Assembly (NCBI GenBank): GCA_947649935.1
Contig: CANSTR010000003.1
Coordinates: 4,123-68,122, forward strand
Length of the DNA stretch: 64,000 nt
Source: an uncultured Clostridia bacterium
GTDB lineage: Bacteria > Bacillota > Clostridia > TANB77 > CAG-508
Direction: 5' to 3'
Made by a program: the position numbers and the translations under genes. Under the pieces are notes generated by a model, which ran no database searches, was not told the DNA's origin, and was given only the letters and a program-made list of their open reading frames with translations. Position 1 is the stretch's first letter. Each line of letters opens with the position of its first letter. Shown piece by piece: positions 9,669 to 20,373 of this stretch.

Positions 9669-9735
9669 TAGAGGCGATTATTAATCGCCCGCATAAAATA
9701 TTTTTATACAGCGGGCGACTGATAGTCGCCCCTAC
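9669..9735. repeat. Inverted pair of GTAG-type REPs (REPIN-like)
   Basis: TAGAGGCGATTATTAATCGCCCGC ... GCGGGCGACTGATAGTCGCCCCTAC. Confidence 0.7.
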
Positions 9736-9738
9736 CGT

Positions 9739-11844
9739 TTAATTTTCTAATATATCAAAAATCAATTCTACCTTGAATAAATCGCCGTCGATTTTTAAAT
9801 CTAATTTTCCTTTTTGCAATTCTACCAAACTTTTTGAGATGGAAATACCAAGACCGCTTCCTTCTGTGGTTCTTGATTTGTCGCCTCTGACAAAACGTTG
9901 CATTAATTCATCTGCCGAAATATTCAAAATTTCTTTCGAAATATTTTTAACATCCATCTGCACTTTTTTGCCTTTTTTGGCAATATCAATATAGACTCTT
10001 GAATTTTCCAAAGCATATTTGGAAATATTGCCAAAAATATTTTCAATGATGCGATACATGTAACGGCTATCGGCTTGGATGTAAATTTCTTCTTCTGGAA
10101 TGTTAGTGATAATAGCCAAGTTTAGGGCGTTAAATTTGTCTTCAAATTCGCCAATGGATTGCTTGATTAATTCTGCCACATTGATTTTTTCCATATTCAA
10201 TTTGACATTTCCTGAAGAGGCTTTGGATGCCTCAACCAAATCTTCTGTCAACTTTTTTAAACGTTGGGATTTGTTGTCTAAAACATCAATGTATTCGTTT
10301 GCTTTGTCATTTTGGATTTCTTCTTTTCTTAATAAATCAACATAATTGATAATGGACGTTAGTGGTGTTTTAATGTCGTGCGACACATTGGTAATCAATT
10401 CTGTTTTGAGATGTTCGCTTTTGATGCCTTCTTGAATGGCATTCTCAAAACCATTGGAAATATCGTTGATGTATTTTACGGTGTCTTGAAATTCAATCGT
10501 AAAATCCTCTGGCTTTAATTTGACCTGATTGTTTCCCTCATATATCTCTTTCAAATGACTTTCTATTTTTCCAAAACAACGAATTCTGTCTGCGATTTTG
10601 TGGAAAAGATAAAGTCCCAAAACAAGGTCTAATAGAAAACCAAATTCTTGAAAAATGCCTAACAGTATGACTGCAACTATCACGTAACCAATAACAACTA
10701 ACCATAATTTTTTCACCAATTCTATCGATTTCGTAGATTGATTCCAGAAGTTTTTTAATTTGCATATTGTCTTTTTAACAATTTTAACAAACCACATCCA
10801 GCATTTATAAAATAATGTACTTTTGATTAACATTTTTGCTTTGATTCTTTTGACAGTTGTATGAAATAGCATTGCGCAAATGATATATGCTACGCAATAT
10901 GCGCAAATAGCCATGTTGATATACTCTTCTGTGTGTTTTGGAATGTTTAACATCAAAATGCACACTCCAAATCCAAAGAACGCAAGGAAGCATAAAATTT
11001 CATAAGGAATTTTATCGAAGTCATTTAAGCAGGCTTCGTCTTCTGCTTTTGTTCGCCCAATGACAAGTATCAAATAAAAACCGATGAGCAAAAGCACTAC
11101 AATTCCAATCGGCAAAATCAAATGAATCTTATTGCCCAATGGTTCAAATTTTTTCATCCATTCACGAACTGTGACTAAATCGGTACGATACACAAGCGCT
11201 TCTTGATAAGAACTGTAAATCGTAAAATCTTGAATGGTTGTGCTAACATATTGATGTGCTGGCGAAACATTTGTCGCGCTTTCTTCAAATACGTCCTCTT
11301 CATCATAAACGTGATACACGTTTTCTTTGCCTGAAACTGTATAATACGTATACTCAAACGTGTCGTAATATTTCAAACCTTTATTGGAAATCACATCCGA
11401 ATTAGATTCCGTATTTCCCGCCAAAATGTTGACAATTTTCGCATTTTCTTGGGTAGCAATATAATTCTTAATTTTCTCAATGGTATTCGTTTCTGTGGTT
11501 AATTCTACATTGGTTAAGGCTTTGTTCTGATAACAAATTAAAACGTACTGATTTTGAATTTTATTACTATAATAAAATTCTTCTTGGTCTACATAAGAAA
11601 TTTGAATTTCGCCATCATACGCCATTGGAAATTCTTCATTATGATAAATGAGTTGATTGGCATAACTTCCTAAAGTATGCATGTAGTTTGCAACAAAATT
11701 GTCAGTTCGAAAATATTGCGATTGATTCATTGAAAAATTTTCGTCGTTTTCCACATATTTGGACAGAACTGACAATCCCATCATTGCCACAATCACTGGA
11801 ATTAACAGATAACTAATCAACATTAAAAATTTTCTTCTTTTCAT
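9739..11844 (-). CDS. Membrane sensor histidine kinase
   Basis: H-box NVSHDIKTPLTSII, N-box NISKYA, RFVRGD.SR.TEGSGLG. Confidence 0.93.
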   Translation of the reverse strand: MKRRKFLMLISYLLIPVIVAMMGLSVLSKYVENDENFSMNQSQYFRTDNFVANYMHTLGSYANQLIYHNEEFPMAYDGEIQISYVDQEEFYYSNKIQNQYVLICYQNKALTNVELTTETNTIEKIKNYIATQENAKIVNILAGNTESNSDVISNKGLKYYDTFEYTYYTVSGKENVYHVYDEEDVFEESATNVSPAHQYVSTTIQDFTIYSSYQEALVYRTDLVTVREWMKKFEPLGNKIHLILPIGIVVLLLIGFYLILVIGRTKAEDEACLNDFDKIPYEILCFLAFFGFGVCILMLNIPKHTEEYINMAICAYCVAYIICAMLFHTTVKRIKAKMLIKSTLFYKCWMWFVKIVKKTICKLKNFWNQSTKSIELVKKLWLVVIGYVIVAVILLGIFQEFGFLLDLVLGLYLFHKIADRIRCFGKIESHLKEIYEGNNQVKLKPEDFTIEFQDTVKYINDISNGFENAIQEGIKSEHLKTELITNVSHDIKTPLTSIINYVDLLRKEEIQNDKANEYIDVLDNKSQRLKKLTEDLVEASKASSGNVKLNMEKINVAELIKQSIGEFEDKFNALNLAIITNIPEEEIYIQADSRYMYRIIENIFGNISKYALENSRVYIDIAKKGKKVQMDVKNISKEILNISADELMQRFVRGDKSRTTEGSGLGISISKSLVELQKGKLDLKIDGDLFKVELIFDILEN

Positions 11845-11857
11845 TTTTCCATCCTCC

Positions 11858-12553
11858 TTAAATTTTTTCTATTTTATACCCAATTCCCCAAATCACTTTT
11901 AAATATTGGGGCTCTTTGGGATTGATTTCGATTTTTTCGCGAATGTGCCTAATATGCACAGCAATGATATTTTCCGCGCCATAACATTCTTCGTTCCAGA
12001 CATTTTTATAAATTTGCTCAATGGAATACACACATCCTTTATTGCGAATGAGAAATTTCAAAATGTTGTATTCGGTTGGCGTGAGCTTGATTTCCTGCTC
12101 ATCCACTGTGACTTTTTTTAAATTATCATCAACAACCAAATTTCCTGTTTGATAACAATTTTTCGTTTCTTCCTCTGTCATTGATTTTAATTTCGTGTAA
12201 CGTCGAATACTCGAATTGACTCTTGCCATCAATTCTTTTGGATTGAATGGCTTTGTTACATAATCATCTGCGCCCAAATTTAATCCAAGAATTTTGTCTT
12301 CCTCTTCTGACTTCGCAGACAGCATAATCACTGGAATGGACTTTTCTTTTCTGACATTTTCCAGAGTTTCAATTCCGTCCATTTTTGGCATCATGATATC
12401 CAAAATCATCAAATGAATGGCGTTTTCCTCCACAATTTTCAATGCCTCCATTCCATTATAAGCCTTGAAAACCTGGTAGCCTTCTTGACTCAGATAAATT
12501 TCAATCGCATGAACAATTTCTTTGTCATCATCACATACTAAAACATGGTACAT
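11858..12553 (-). CDS. OmpR-family response regulator
   Basis: VCDDD, LDIMMPKMDG, GADDYVTKPF, winged helix ending VIWGIGYK. Confidence 0.95.
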   Translation of the reverse strand: MYHVLVCDDDKEIVHAIEIYLSQEGYQVFKAYNGMEALKIVEENAIHLMILDIMMPKMDGIETLENVRKEKSIPVIMLSAKSEEEDKILGLNLGADDYVTKPFNPKELMARVNSSIRRYTKLKSMTEEETKNCYQTGNLVVDDNLKKVTVDEQEIKLTPTEYNILKFLIRNKGCVYSIEQIYKNVWNEECYGAENIIAVHIRHIREKIEINPKEPQYLKVIWGIGYKIEKI

Positions 12554-12685
12554 TTTTCGCTCTCCTTTAAGTCTATTATATCATAAAATTATTAAGAAAA
12601 AATAGAGAAATTATTAAGATTTTATTAAGAAAAAAACGAAAAACTGCAGCCAAACACATACGCTACAGTTTTTTCGCAATCATCT

Positions 12686-14302
12686 TTATTTTTCTAAAAA
12701 ATATCCCTCCACAGTAGAATACTCAATATTTTTCTCCAGTTGATTATAACGAAAATACAAATCCGAAATATAAAAATCATACTTATCATCTACTGTAACA
12801 ATATTATTTTCTTTAAAATAATCCTCCAAATCAGTTTGCCCCATTTCGTCCTGACGAATAATTTCCTCCACCATTTCCTTTAAATCCACTTTCACAACTT
12901 CTTTTTCAAACACAGCTTCTTTGGTATCCTTTTCCAACTCTCCAGATACATGCTTAATCTTACGATATTTTTCAATCGCACAATCCAATGGCGCATGCAA
13001 TGAAACATAGCCTGAATCATAAACTCTGTCTTTTGCAGAAAAATGATATTGCTTGATTTTATTTTTTTCCTCTTCTGAAAAATAATTTGGCATTTCCTTG
13101 GTATCTAGCAAATATTCATACGCGCTACTTGCACGTTTTTTATCCTCTTCTGATAAATCATCAAAACTGTGATTGGGTGGCAAAAGCGTTTCAAGCACAT
13201 GTTTTTGGTTTAAATTTGGTATTTTCACATAGTTCAATGGCGTAACAAAAGTAACCAAAATAATGACACTAGTACACAAGAAAATTGCTTCTAGTTTTTC
13301 TTGCTTTTTGTAAAAGGTTAGCCCTAAACAAATTGCTTGAAATAACAAAAACACGCAGGACATGTAACGCATGGAAGTTAAGCCAAATCCATAAATTCTC
13401 ACACCAATGGAATAGATTTCTAACAACAAAAACGGCGCAAACAAATAAGGCAAAACAGTCACCAATTTACCAACCCATTTTTTCTCTTCACGATAATTAC
13501 TTGCCATGTTCCATATCGGAAATGCCACCACAAAAATACCTGCCAAAATGCGGAAAATCGTATTTTTCGGAATTTCTTGCCACAACAAAATTTTTGCGAT
13601 ATACAAATAGATAATCCCCATCGCGATGCTCACAAGCGGCAATAGCGCATACAAAATTAAGCCTTTGATAAATGGATTAACTTCTTTTTTTGAAATGCTA
13701 GACATCGTGTAAACCAACGATGGCACGTAAAACAAGCCAAATAACAATGTTAAAATTCTTGGCAAAATGCTCCCATATTGACCATTCAAAATCAATTGTA
13801 CAAAAATGGCTGTGATAAGCAATATACCAATATTTAAAACACCATAAATTACGCTGATGTGAAACAAATCACGAAACAGTTTGAGTAAATATTCTCCTAA
13901 TTTTAACTCCGCATTTTTCATGGATTGATGCATGCTTGCCAAAATTAAAATAAGCACATAGGCGCTTAAAAATCGGCTTGAAACTTCAGTATCTACCATC
14001 ACCCAATCCGTTAGAAGCATTGTGAAAATAAAGCTGATTCCTCCAGTTAAGCCATAACTCAACGCTTTTATGGTTTTCTTTGTGAAATAACATTCTGTAA
14101 AAATCGTTCCGACTGCCCAAATCGCACTAAACAGATAAATTTTTTCCAATAAATCTCTCGTATTTCTGGAAACATCTTGGTCAATCATAATAGTCACTAG
14201 CAGTGTAACTGTGGCAATAATCAGCATTGTAAGTGGAAATCTTTTTGCCAATTCCTTGATTTCATCCGAAATTTTTGCCAGTAAATTTTTGAATTGATTC
14301 AT
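12686..14302 (-). CDS. Polytopic membrane protein, DUF4153-like
   Basis: RFP start, about 10 hydrophobic segments, RIY.FGLT..RY motif. Confidence 0.7.
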   Translation of the reverse strand: MNQFKNLLAKISDEIKELAKRFPLTMLIIATVTLLVTIMIDQDVSRNTRDLLEKIYLFSAIWAVGTIFTECYFTKKTIKALSYGLTGGISFIFTMLLTDWVMVDTEVSSRFLSAYVLILILASMHQSMKNAELKLGEYLLKLFRDLFHISVIYGVLNIGILLITAIFVQLILNGQYGSILPRILTLLFGLFYVPSLVYTMSSISKKEVNPFIKGLILYALLPLVSIAMGIIYLYIAKILLWQEIPKNTIFRILAGIFVVAFPIWNMASNYREEKKWVGKLVTVLPYLFAPFLLLEIYSIGVRIYGFGLTSMRYMSCVFLLFQAICLGLTFYKKQEKLEAIFLCTSVIILVTFVTPLNYVKIPNLNQKHVLETLLPPNHSFDDLSEEDKKRASSAYEYLLDTKEMPNYFSEEEKNKIKQYHFSAKDRVYDSGYVSLHAPLDCAIEKYRKIKHVSGELEKDTKEAVFEKEVVKVDLKEMVEEIIRQDEMGQTDLEDYFKENNIVTVDDKYDFYISDLYFRYNQLEKNIEYSTVEGYFLEK

Positions 14303-14324
14303 CCTTTCTTCCTCCTTTTTATTT

Positions 14325-14528
14325 TTAATCCGTCAAAAAATCCAATAAGTTCATTCCCATTGAAGTTTCTGCTTTGTAAAGTTCTGTATAGCCACATTCC
14401 GTGCAAGTTACTGTTATAAATTTCTTATTTTGTACATCAAAAATTTTGGCTAAATCTCCTCCTGTCGCCTGAAACTGACCTTTCTCAAATTCTGCACTTC
14501 CACACTTCATACATTTCCAATCTGCCAT
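14325..14528 (-). CDS. Small zinc-ribbon nucleic-acid-binding protein (COG3478 type)
   Basis: CMKCG...KIFDVQNKKF..VTCTECGYTELY. Confidence 0.85.
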   Translation of the reverse strand: MADWKCMKCGSAEFEKGQFQATGGDLAKIFDVQNKKFITVTCTECGYTELYKAETSMGMNLLDFLTD

Positions 14529-14540
14529 TTTAAATCCTCC

Positions 14541-15077
14541 TTATTTTGTATATTTTTCTTTTACAATCGCGTAAATCTCACGTGCTCCATTACTCAATTC
14601 CTGCTCATCTACTTCGCCGATGTGATAACGTTCATATCCCAAACATTTTTCTGGTTCTGCAATTTGCAATTCTCCGCTTTTCAAATTTCCTTTATAAACC
14701 AGATAAATCCAATCTTGCTCTTTTTGGCTTCTGCAATCAAGCGTTTTCGCATATGTTGCTACAATAAATTCCTGAATTTCAATATCAGCGTCCCTTCCAA
14801 CTTCCTCAAAAATTTCTCGATGCAAAGCTGCTCTAAAATCCAAATCGCTATCTTTCACTCGTCCACCAATTGTTTCCAACTTCAACCTTTCATCTCGACA
14901 GCCTGAACCTCTTCTTTGAAAAATAATTCGATTTTCCGTATCAAAAGCATAGACAATCACAGCCACCTCGTAATTATCTGCTACTTCATCATGATTCTTC
15001 AAAACATCCTCTAATTCTTTTTGATTCTTCACTTCTTTTGAAAATAATTGCATTTTCTTGTTCCTTTCTTGGTTCAT
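14541..15077 (-). CDS. NUDIX hydrolase
   Basis: GGRVKDSD..FRAALHREIFEEVG Nudix box; EPEKC. Confidence 0.85.
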   Translation of the reverse strand: MNQERNKKMQLFSKEVKNQKELEDVLKNHDEVADNYEVAVIVYAFDTENRIIFQRRGSGCRDERLKLETIGGRVKDSDLDFRAALHREIFEEVGRDADIEIQEFIVATYAKTLDCRSQKEQDWIYLVYKGNLKSGELQIAEPEKCLGYERYHIGEVDEQELSNGAREIYAIVKEKYTK

Positions 15078-15188
15078 TCATTATTTGAGTTCTTTTTTCT
15101 ATTACCAACAATCCTTGTATCGCTTCTTACGCAACGCTTTCCGAACTTGTGCAAAAAATGCACAAGTTCGATAGAAATAAAATATAAC

Positions 15189-15287
15189 GTAGGGGCGACC
15201 AATGGTCGTCCGTTCTTCGAAGAATTTACTAACCCTTAATTGGAGAGAAAATTTCTTTAGTAGCGGACGGCTACTAGCCGCCCCTAC
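15189..15287. repeat. Inverted pair of GTAG-type REPs (REPIN-like)
   Basis: GTAGGGGCGACCAATGGTCGTCCG (15189-15212) ... CGGACGGCTACTAGCCGCCCCTAC (15264-15287). Confidence 0.8.
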
Positions 15288-15288
15288 G

Positions 15289-17130
15289 TTACTGCTCAAA
15301 CTGCGAATTATACAACTGCGCATACGCTCCTTGTTTTTGTAGCAAAGCCTCATGATTTCCCTGCTCAATGATATTGCCTTCTTGCATCACCAAAATCAAA
15401 TCCGCATTTTTGATGGTCGACAATCGATGCGCAATAATGAATGACGTCCTGCCTTCTGTCAACTTATCCATGGCGCTTTGCACAACTTCCTCTGTTCTGG
15501 TATCCACATTCGAAGTCGCCTCATCCAAAATCAAAAACGGCGCATCTTGAATCATGCCTCGCGCAATGGTAAGTAGCTGTCTTTGCCCAGCAGACACGCT
15601 ATCATTTTCCTCAATCTCAGACTGATAGCCCTGTGGCAATGTTTTGATAAAATGATGCAAACCAACTTCTTTGCAAACTTCTTGCACCTTTTCATCGCTC
15701 ACATTTTCCTGATTGTAAACAATATTTTCTTTAACCGTTCCGCCAAACAGCCATGTATCCTGCAAAACCATAGTAAACAAATCATGAATATTTTCTCTGG
15801 TCAACTCTTTTGTCGAAACGCCGTCAATTTTGATATCGCCTGAATTGATTTCATAGAACTTCATCAGCAAATTCACCATCGTTGTTTTTCCAGCCCCAGT
15901 CGGTCCTACAATGGCGATTTTTTGCCCTGGCTCGGCAGTCGCTGTAAAATTCTTGATGGTCGGTTGGTCATTGTTGTCATATTGAAAAACCACATTTTGA
16001 AATTCTATTTTCCCTTTTACTTCTTCTTTTTTCAACGTTTTCATAATTTGTGATTGTTCTTCCATTTCTTCTTCATCCATCAACTCAAAAACTCGCTCAC
16101 TCGCTGCAGCAGTCGATTGCAACGAAGTCATCGCTTGGGCGATTTGGGAAAGCGGATTGGTAAACATACGAACATAACTAATAAACGCAATAATCACGCC
16201 AAATGAAATCATATCATTCATCGTAAGAAGTGCCCCAACAATGCAAACTGCAACATAGCCAAAATTTCCAATAAATCCCATCATCGGTTGCATCAAACCG
16301 GACAAAAATTGGCTCTTTTGATTGCTTTCGCACACCCTGTGGTTCAATTCATCAAACTTTTTATCTGCCTCTTTTTTGCCATTGTAAACTTTCACGACAT
16401 TCAAGCCAGAATAAATCTCTTCAATGTGCCCATTCAAATTTCCCAATTCCACCTGTTTTTGCACGAAATATTTTTGCGACTTTTTCAAAATAAATGACAT
16501 TCCCATAAAACCAATCAAACTCGATAAAATGGCCGTTAACGCCAAAATCCAGTTGGTGTAAAACATCATAATAAGCGTGCCTAGAAAAAGCGTCACGCTG
16601 CTTACCAAGGTAGACAAAGACTGGTTCATCGATTGTGCAATCATATCCACATCATTCGTCACTCTGGATAAAATATCGCCTGATTGATGTTGGTCAAAAT
16701 ATTTCAATGGCAACTGGTTGATTTTGGTCGAAATGCGCCTTCTCAAACTGCGTGCAAAACGATTGGCAACAATTGTCATGCCGATTCCTTCAATGTAAGA
16801 AAACAATGCACTACTCAAATACAATAGCAACAAGAATAACGCAATTCTTTGGATAGCAATTATATCCATGGATGCCTGCTGAATCCCAGCTGAAATTAAA
16901 TTCGTCATTTCTGACAATTGATTTGGTGCAAAAATGGATAACACAGAGCCCAGTGCTGCTAAAACCAATGCTACCATCAACCAAACTTTATATTTTTGCA
17001 ATTCTTTGACAAGTCTTACCATGGCTGATTTAAAATTTTTCGGTTTCTCCCCCATTCCACCTCTCATGCCAGGACCTCGCATTCCGCCTGGTCTTCTTGG
17101 AGTTTGTACTCGATTATTTTCATTTTGCAT
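15289..17130 (-). CDS. Heterodimeric multidrug ABC exporter, subunit B
   Basis: TMD plus NBD; GPTGAGKTT, SAGQRQ, ILDEATSNVD, IAHRLSTI. Confidence 0.93.
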   Translation of the reverse strand: MQNENNRVQTPRRPGGMRGPGMRGGMGEKPKNFKSAMVRLVKELQKYKVWLMVALVLAALGSVLSIFAPNQLSEMTNLISAGIQQASMDIIAIQRIALFLLLLYLSSALFSYIEGIGMTIVANRFARSLRRRISTKINQLPLKYFDQHQSGDILSRVTNDVDMIAQSMNQSLSTLVSSVTLFLGTLIMMFYTNWILALTAILSSLIGFMGMSFILKKSQKYFVQKQVELGNLNGHIEEIYSGLNVVKVYNGKKEADKKFDELNHRVCESNQKSQFLSGLMQPMMGFIGNFGYVAVCIVGALLTMNDMISFGVIIAFISYVRMFTNPLSQIAQAMTSLQSTAAASERVFELMDEEEMEEQSQIMKTLKKEEVKGKIEFQNVVFQYDNNDQPTIKNFTATAEPGQKIAIVGPTGAGKTTMVNLLMKFYEINSGDIKIDGVSTKELTRENIHDLFTMVLQDTWLFGGTVKENIVYNQENVSDEKVQEVCKEVGLHHFIKTLPQGYQSEIEENDSVSAGQRQLLTIARGMIQDAPFLILDEATSNVDTRTEEVVQSAMDKLTEGRTSFIIAHRLSTIKNADLILVMQEGNIIEQGNHEALLQKQGAYAQLYNSQFEQ

Positions 17131-18886
17131 TTTCCAATTCCTCCTTTGTCAATTGTGATAATGCGATTTGTTTGTATTCTTCGCATTGTTTCAATAATTC
17201 TTGATGCGTTCCTTGCCCAACGCATTTTCCTTCGCTTAGCACAATGATTTTATCAGCATTCATAATGGTTCCAATTCTTTGAGCAACGATTAAAGTCGTG
17301 GCATCTTTGGTATATTTTTTCAATTCTTTTCGCAAAACATGGTCTGTTTTATAATCCAACGCGGAAAAACTATCATCAAAAATATAAATCTCTGGATTTC
17401 TTGCAATGGCTCTTGCAATCGACAATCTCTGCTTTTGCCCACCAGAAACATTGGTTCCACCTGACGCCAAATGCGTATCATATTGCTGTTCCATTTTTTC
17501 GACAAATTCCTGTGCTTGCGCAACCGCAATCGCCTCTTTTATCGCGTCTTCTGTCTTGTCGCCTTTTCCATTATCGCCATATGCCACATTTTCCGTAACG
17601 GTTCCATTAAAAATTACCGCTTTTTGTGGCACATAACCGATTTTGTTGTACAACGCCTCTTGCTTATATTCTTTCACATTGATGCCGTCCACCAAAATTT
17701 CGCCATCTGTTGCATCATAAAATCTTGGCACCAAATTAATCAAAGTCGATTTTCCACTTCCTGTCGAACCAATAAAGGCAACCGTTTCACCTTGTTTTGC
17801 CTCAAACGAAATATTCTCGAGCAAATATTCATCTGCATCTGGATATTTGAACGAAACATTTTTAAAAACAACGGTCCCTTTTTCGTTTGTTTGCGCGTTT
17901 TCCAAAGTGCCGTCCAAAACAGTAATTTGCGTATCCAACACTTCATTGATACGATTGGCTGAAATTTGCGCACGTGGCAAAATCATAAAAATCATCGCAA
18001 GCATCAAAAAGGACATAATTACTTGCATCGCATACGAACTAAATACGACCATGTCACCAAACAAAACCAATTTATCTGCCATGACAGCATCTCTGATTAA
18101 GTAAGCGCCCACAAAATAAATCGCTAACGTCAACCCAAACATAATCAAATACATCACTGGTTGCATGATTGCCATTTTCTTTTGGTTGAACAATTGCAAA
18201 TTCGTCAATTCTTGGTTTGTGTTTTCGAATTTATCTTCCTGATATTTTTCTGCATTGAATGCACGAACCACGCGAATTCCTGTCAAGTTTTCTCGCATCA
18301 AGCCATTCACGCGGTCAATGGCTTTTTGTACTAATTTAAATCTTGGCATAACCAGCGAAATTAAAATGCCAATCACGCTCATCAAAATTACGACGGCAAG
18401 ACCTGTTAGCGCGCTCCATTGCCAACTTTTGTGCAAAATTTTGGTAATCGCCCAAATGGCTGTAATCGGCGCTTTGAGCAAAAGCTGTAAGCCCATGGCA
18501 ATGAGCATTTCCACTTGTGTCACGTCATTCGTTGTTCTTGTAATTAAACTGCTTGTCGAGAAGTGTTTGACTTCCTGCATCGACAAATTTCCAATTTTGT
18601 CAAAGATTTTTTTCCTAATATTCATCGAAAATTGGGAAGCAACTTTGGAGGCTAAATAGCCTGTAAAAACCGCTGATACCAAGCTTCCCAAAGCACACAA
18701 AAGCATATACGCTCCTTGTGTTAAAATGTCACGCATTTGGCTTCCTTGTGTTTGAACAAGTATGGTGATGTTTGACATGTAATCCGGCATTTTCAGTTCT
18801 AGCCAGACTTGGGCTAAAATGAAAATGAAACACATCATGACGAAAATCCATTGTCTTTTTCCTAAGTTTTTTAATAATTTTAACAT
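17120..18886 (-). CDS. Heterodimeric multidrug ABC exporter, subunit A (degenerate site)
   Basis: GSTGSGKST, VSGGQKQR, IFDDSFSALD, VAQRI. Confidence 0.93.
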   Translation of the reverse strand: MLKLLKNLGKRQWIFVMMCFIFILAQVWLELKMPDYMSNITILVQTQGSQMRDILTQGAYMLLCALGSLVSAVFTGYLASKVASQFSMNIRKKIFDKIGNLSMQEVKHFSTSSLITRTTNDVTQVEMLIAMGLQLLLKAPITAIWAITKILHKSWQWSALTGLAVVILMSVIGILISLVMPRFKLVQKAIDRVNGLMRENLTGIRVVRAFNAEKYQEDKFENTNQELTNLQLFNQKKMAIMQPVMYLIMFGLTLAIYFVGAYLIRDAVMADKLVLFGDMVVFSSYAMQVIMSFLMLAMIFMILPRAQISANRINEVLDTQITVLDGTLENAQTNEKGTVVFKNVSFKYPDADEYLLENISFEAKQGETVAFIGSTGSGKSTLINLVPRFYDATDGEILVDGINVKEYKQEALYNKIGYVPQKAVIFNGTVTENVAYGDNGKGDKTEDAIKEAIAVAQAQEFVEKMEQQYDTHLASGGTNVSGGQKQRLSIARAIARNPEIYIFDDSFSALDYKTDHVLRKELKKYTKDATTLIVAQRIGTIMNADKIIVLSEGKCVGQGTHQELLKQCEEYKQIALSQLTKEELENAK

Positions 18887-18990
18887 GTTTGTTTCCTCCT
18901 TTTGTAAGGTTCCTTACAATTTTAAAATTTCCCATTTTTTGTATAAAAATCTTAAAAACAGTTATTGTTCTCAAAGCATAGTATCTTTTG

Positions 18991-20349
18991 TTAATAACCT
19001 AAAAATATTTTGACGGAATAGCTCACAACCGTACCATTCCCACATTCTACTATAAATTCATATTGATTTTTTCCTTGTTCTAAGTAGAGTTCATCCCCTA
19101 AATTGACACAATAAAAGTGACGATTTTGATTTATCAAATCATAAACTTCATACATAACCATTTTCTTGCAGTTTCCACCTTCTGCTATTAATTTAAAACT
19201 AGCATTTGCCTCAGCTTGAATCGTTTCATTTTCGGAAAGATTGATTTTATTTCCATCTGCCCATTCTAAAAATAATTGGGGTTTTTCTAATTCACCATAG
19301 GAAGTTGGATACAATGTAATTAACAAAATGATTCCAATAATGAGTGTTATCGCAAACATAAAAATAGGATGTTTTTCAAAAAATTCTTTTTCATTGATGG
19401 CTTGCATTCTAGTACGAAGTTTAATTTTTTGCCCAATCGAAAATTTCTTTTTTTGTCCTAAAAAACCTAATATTGCTATTTTATTTCCTCTACTAATCTC
19501 ATATACCTTTAAAAGTAAATTATTATAATCTCTTTCCTTGACTTTTTTAATCTTTTTTAAAGCCAATACATCTGTTGCTGCTTCCAAATCTAATTGCATA
19601 AATTGCAATAATATCGTATCAATTGGATTAAACCAATACAATGCATCTGCTATCACAATCACAAAATGAATCACCATATCTTTTCTCTTATAATGGGAAA
19701 GTTCATGCATGATAACACATTTGAGTTCGTCATCACTTAATTGAAGAGTTTCTGGTGTCATAAAAAGTTTCAATTTAAAAAGCCCATTAATAGCTGGTTC
19801 ATGCACAATATCTTGTTCAATCACTTCAATGTTTCGTTTTATGTTTAATTTCTTTTTACACACTTCCACAATAGCATAAATTCTTTCATCTGCCTTTGGA
19901 CAATAACGAATTTCATACCACACATAAATTTGTCCTGCTATGGCATACAATAGTTTTAAAATGCCCACAATAAACAAAATCGGAAACAAGCATTTCGAAA
20001 TAATATTTTTATTTTGATTCGTATTCTCAAAAATTTTGCCTCTCATTTCATCGTATACTTTTGCTTCATCTTCCTCTCCCATCAAGCTTAACACATCATT
20101 CGAATATTGCTTACTTTCTGGCCTAATCCAACGCATATCAATCCAACGATAAATACTGTGTGGACTTGGAATTGTTACTGGAAAAATTAACACAACAATA
20201 AAAATAAGCCAAGTCATCAGTTTTGCTCTTGGCTCCCATTTTTTGCATGTTATCACTCTAAATAGCAATATTGCAATTCCAATCACCATGGCAATGATTG
20301 AATTGTACAATAATTGATAACCAAAATTTGTGATAAAATTTTGCAACAT
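18991..20349 (-). CDS. BlaR1/MecR1-like M56 metallopeptidase membrane protein
   Basis: N-terminal TMs, PAINGLF, HELSHYKRKD, YWFNP, E.A.D. Confidence 0.85.
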   Translation of the reverse strand: MLQNFITNFGYQLLYNSIIAMVIGIAILLFRVITCKKWEPRAKLMTWLIFIVVLIFPVTIPSPHSIYRWIDMRWIRPESKQYSNDVLSLMGEEDEAKVYDEMRGKIFENTNQNKNIISKCLFPILFIVGILKLLYAIAGQIYVWYEIRYCPKADERIYAIVEVCKKKLNIKRNIEVIEQDIVHEPAINGLFKLKLFMTPETLQLSDDELKCVIMHELSHYKRKDMVIHFVIVIADALYWFNPIDTILLQFMQLDLEAATDVLALKKIKKVKERDYNNLLLKVYEISRGNKIAILGFLGQKKKFSIGQKIKLRTRMQAINEKEFFEKHPIFMFAITLIIGIILLITLYPTSYGELEKPQLFLEWADGNKINLSENETIQAEANASFKLIAEGGNCKKMVMYEVYDLINQNRHFYCVNLGDELYLEQGKNQYEFIVECGNGTVVSYSVKIFLGY

Positions 20350-20373
20350 TTTTTGCTCCGTTTCTTACTACTT

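Noticed and set aside
15102-15368. 88-aa ORF in the track
   Set aside because: Overlaps the ABC gene end and spans the REP pair; no motif
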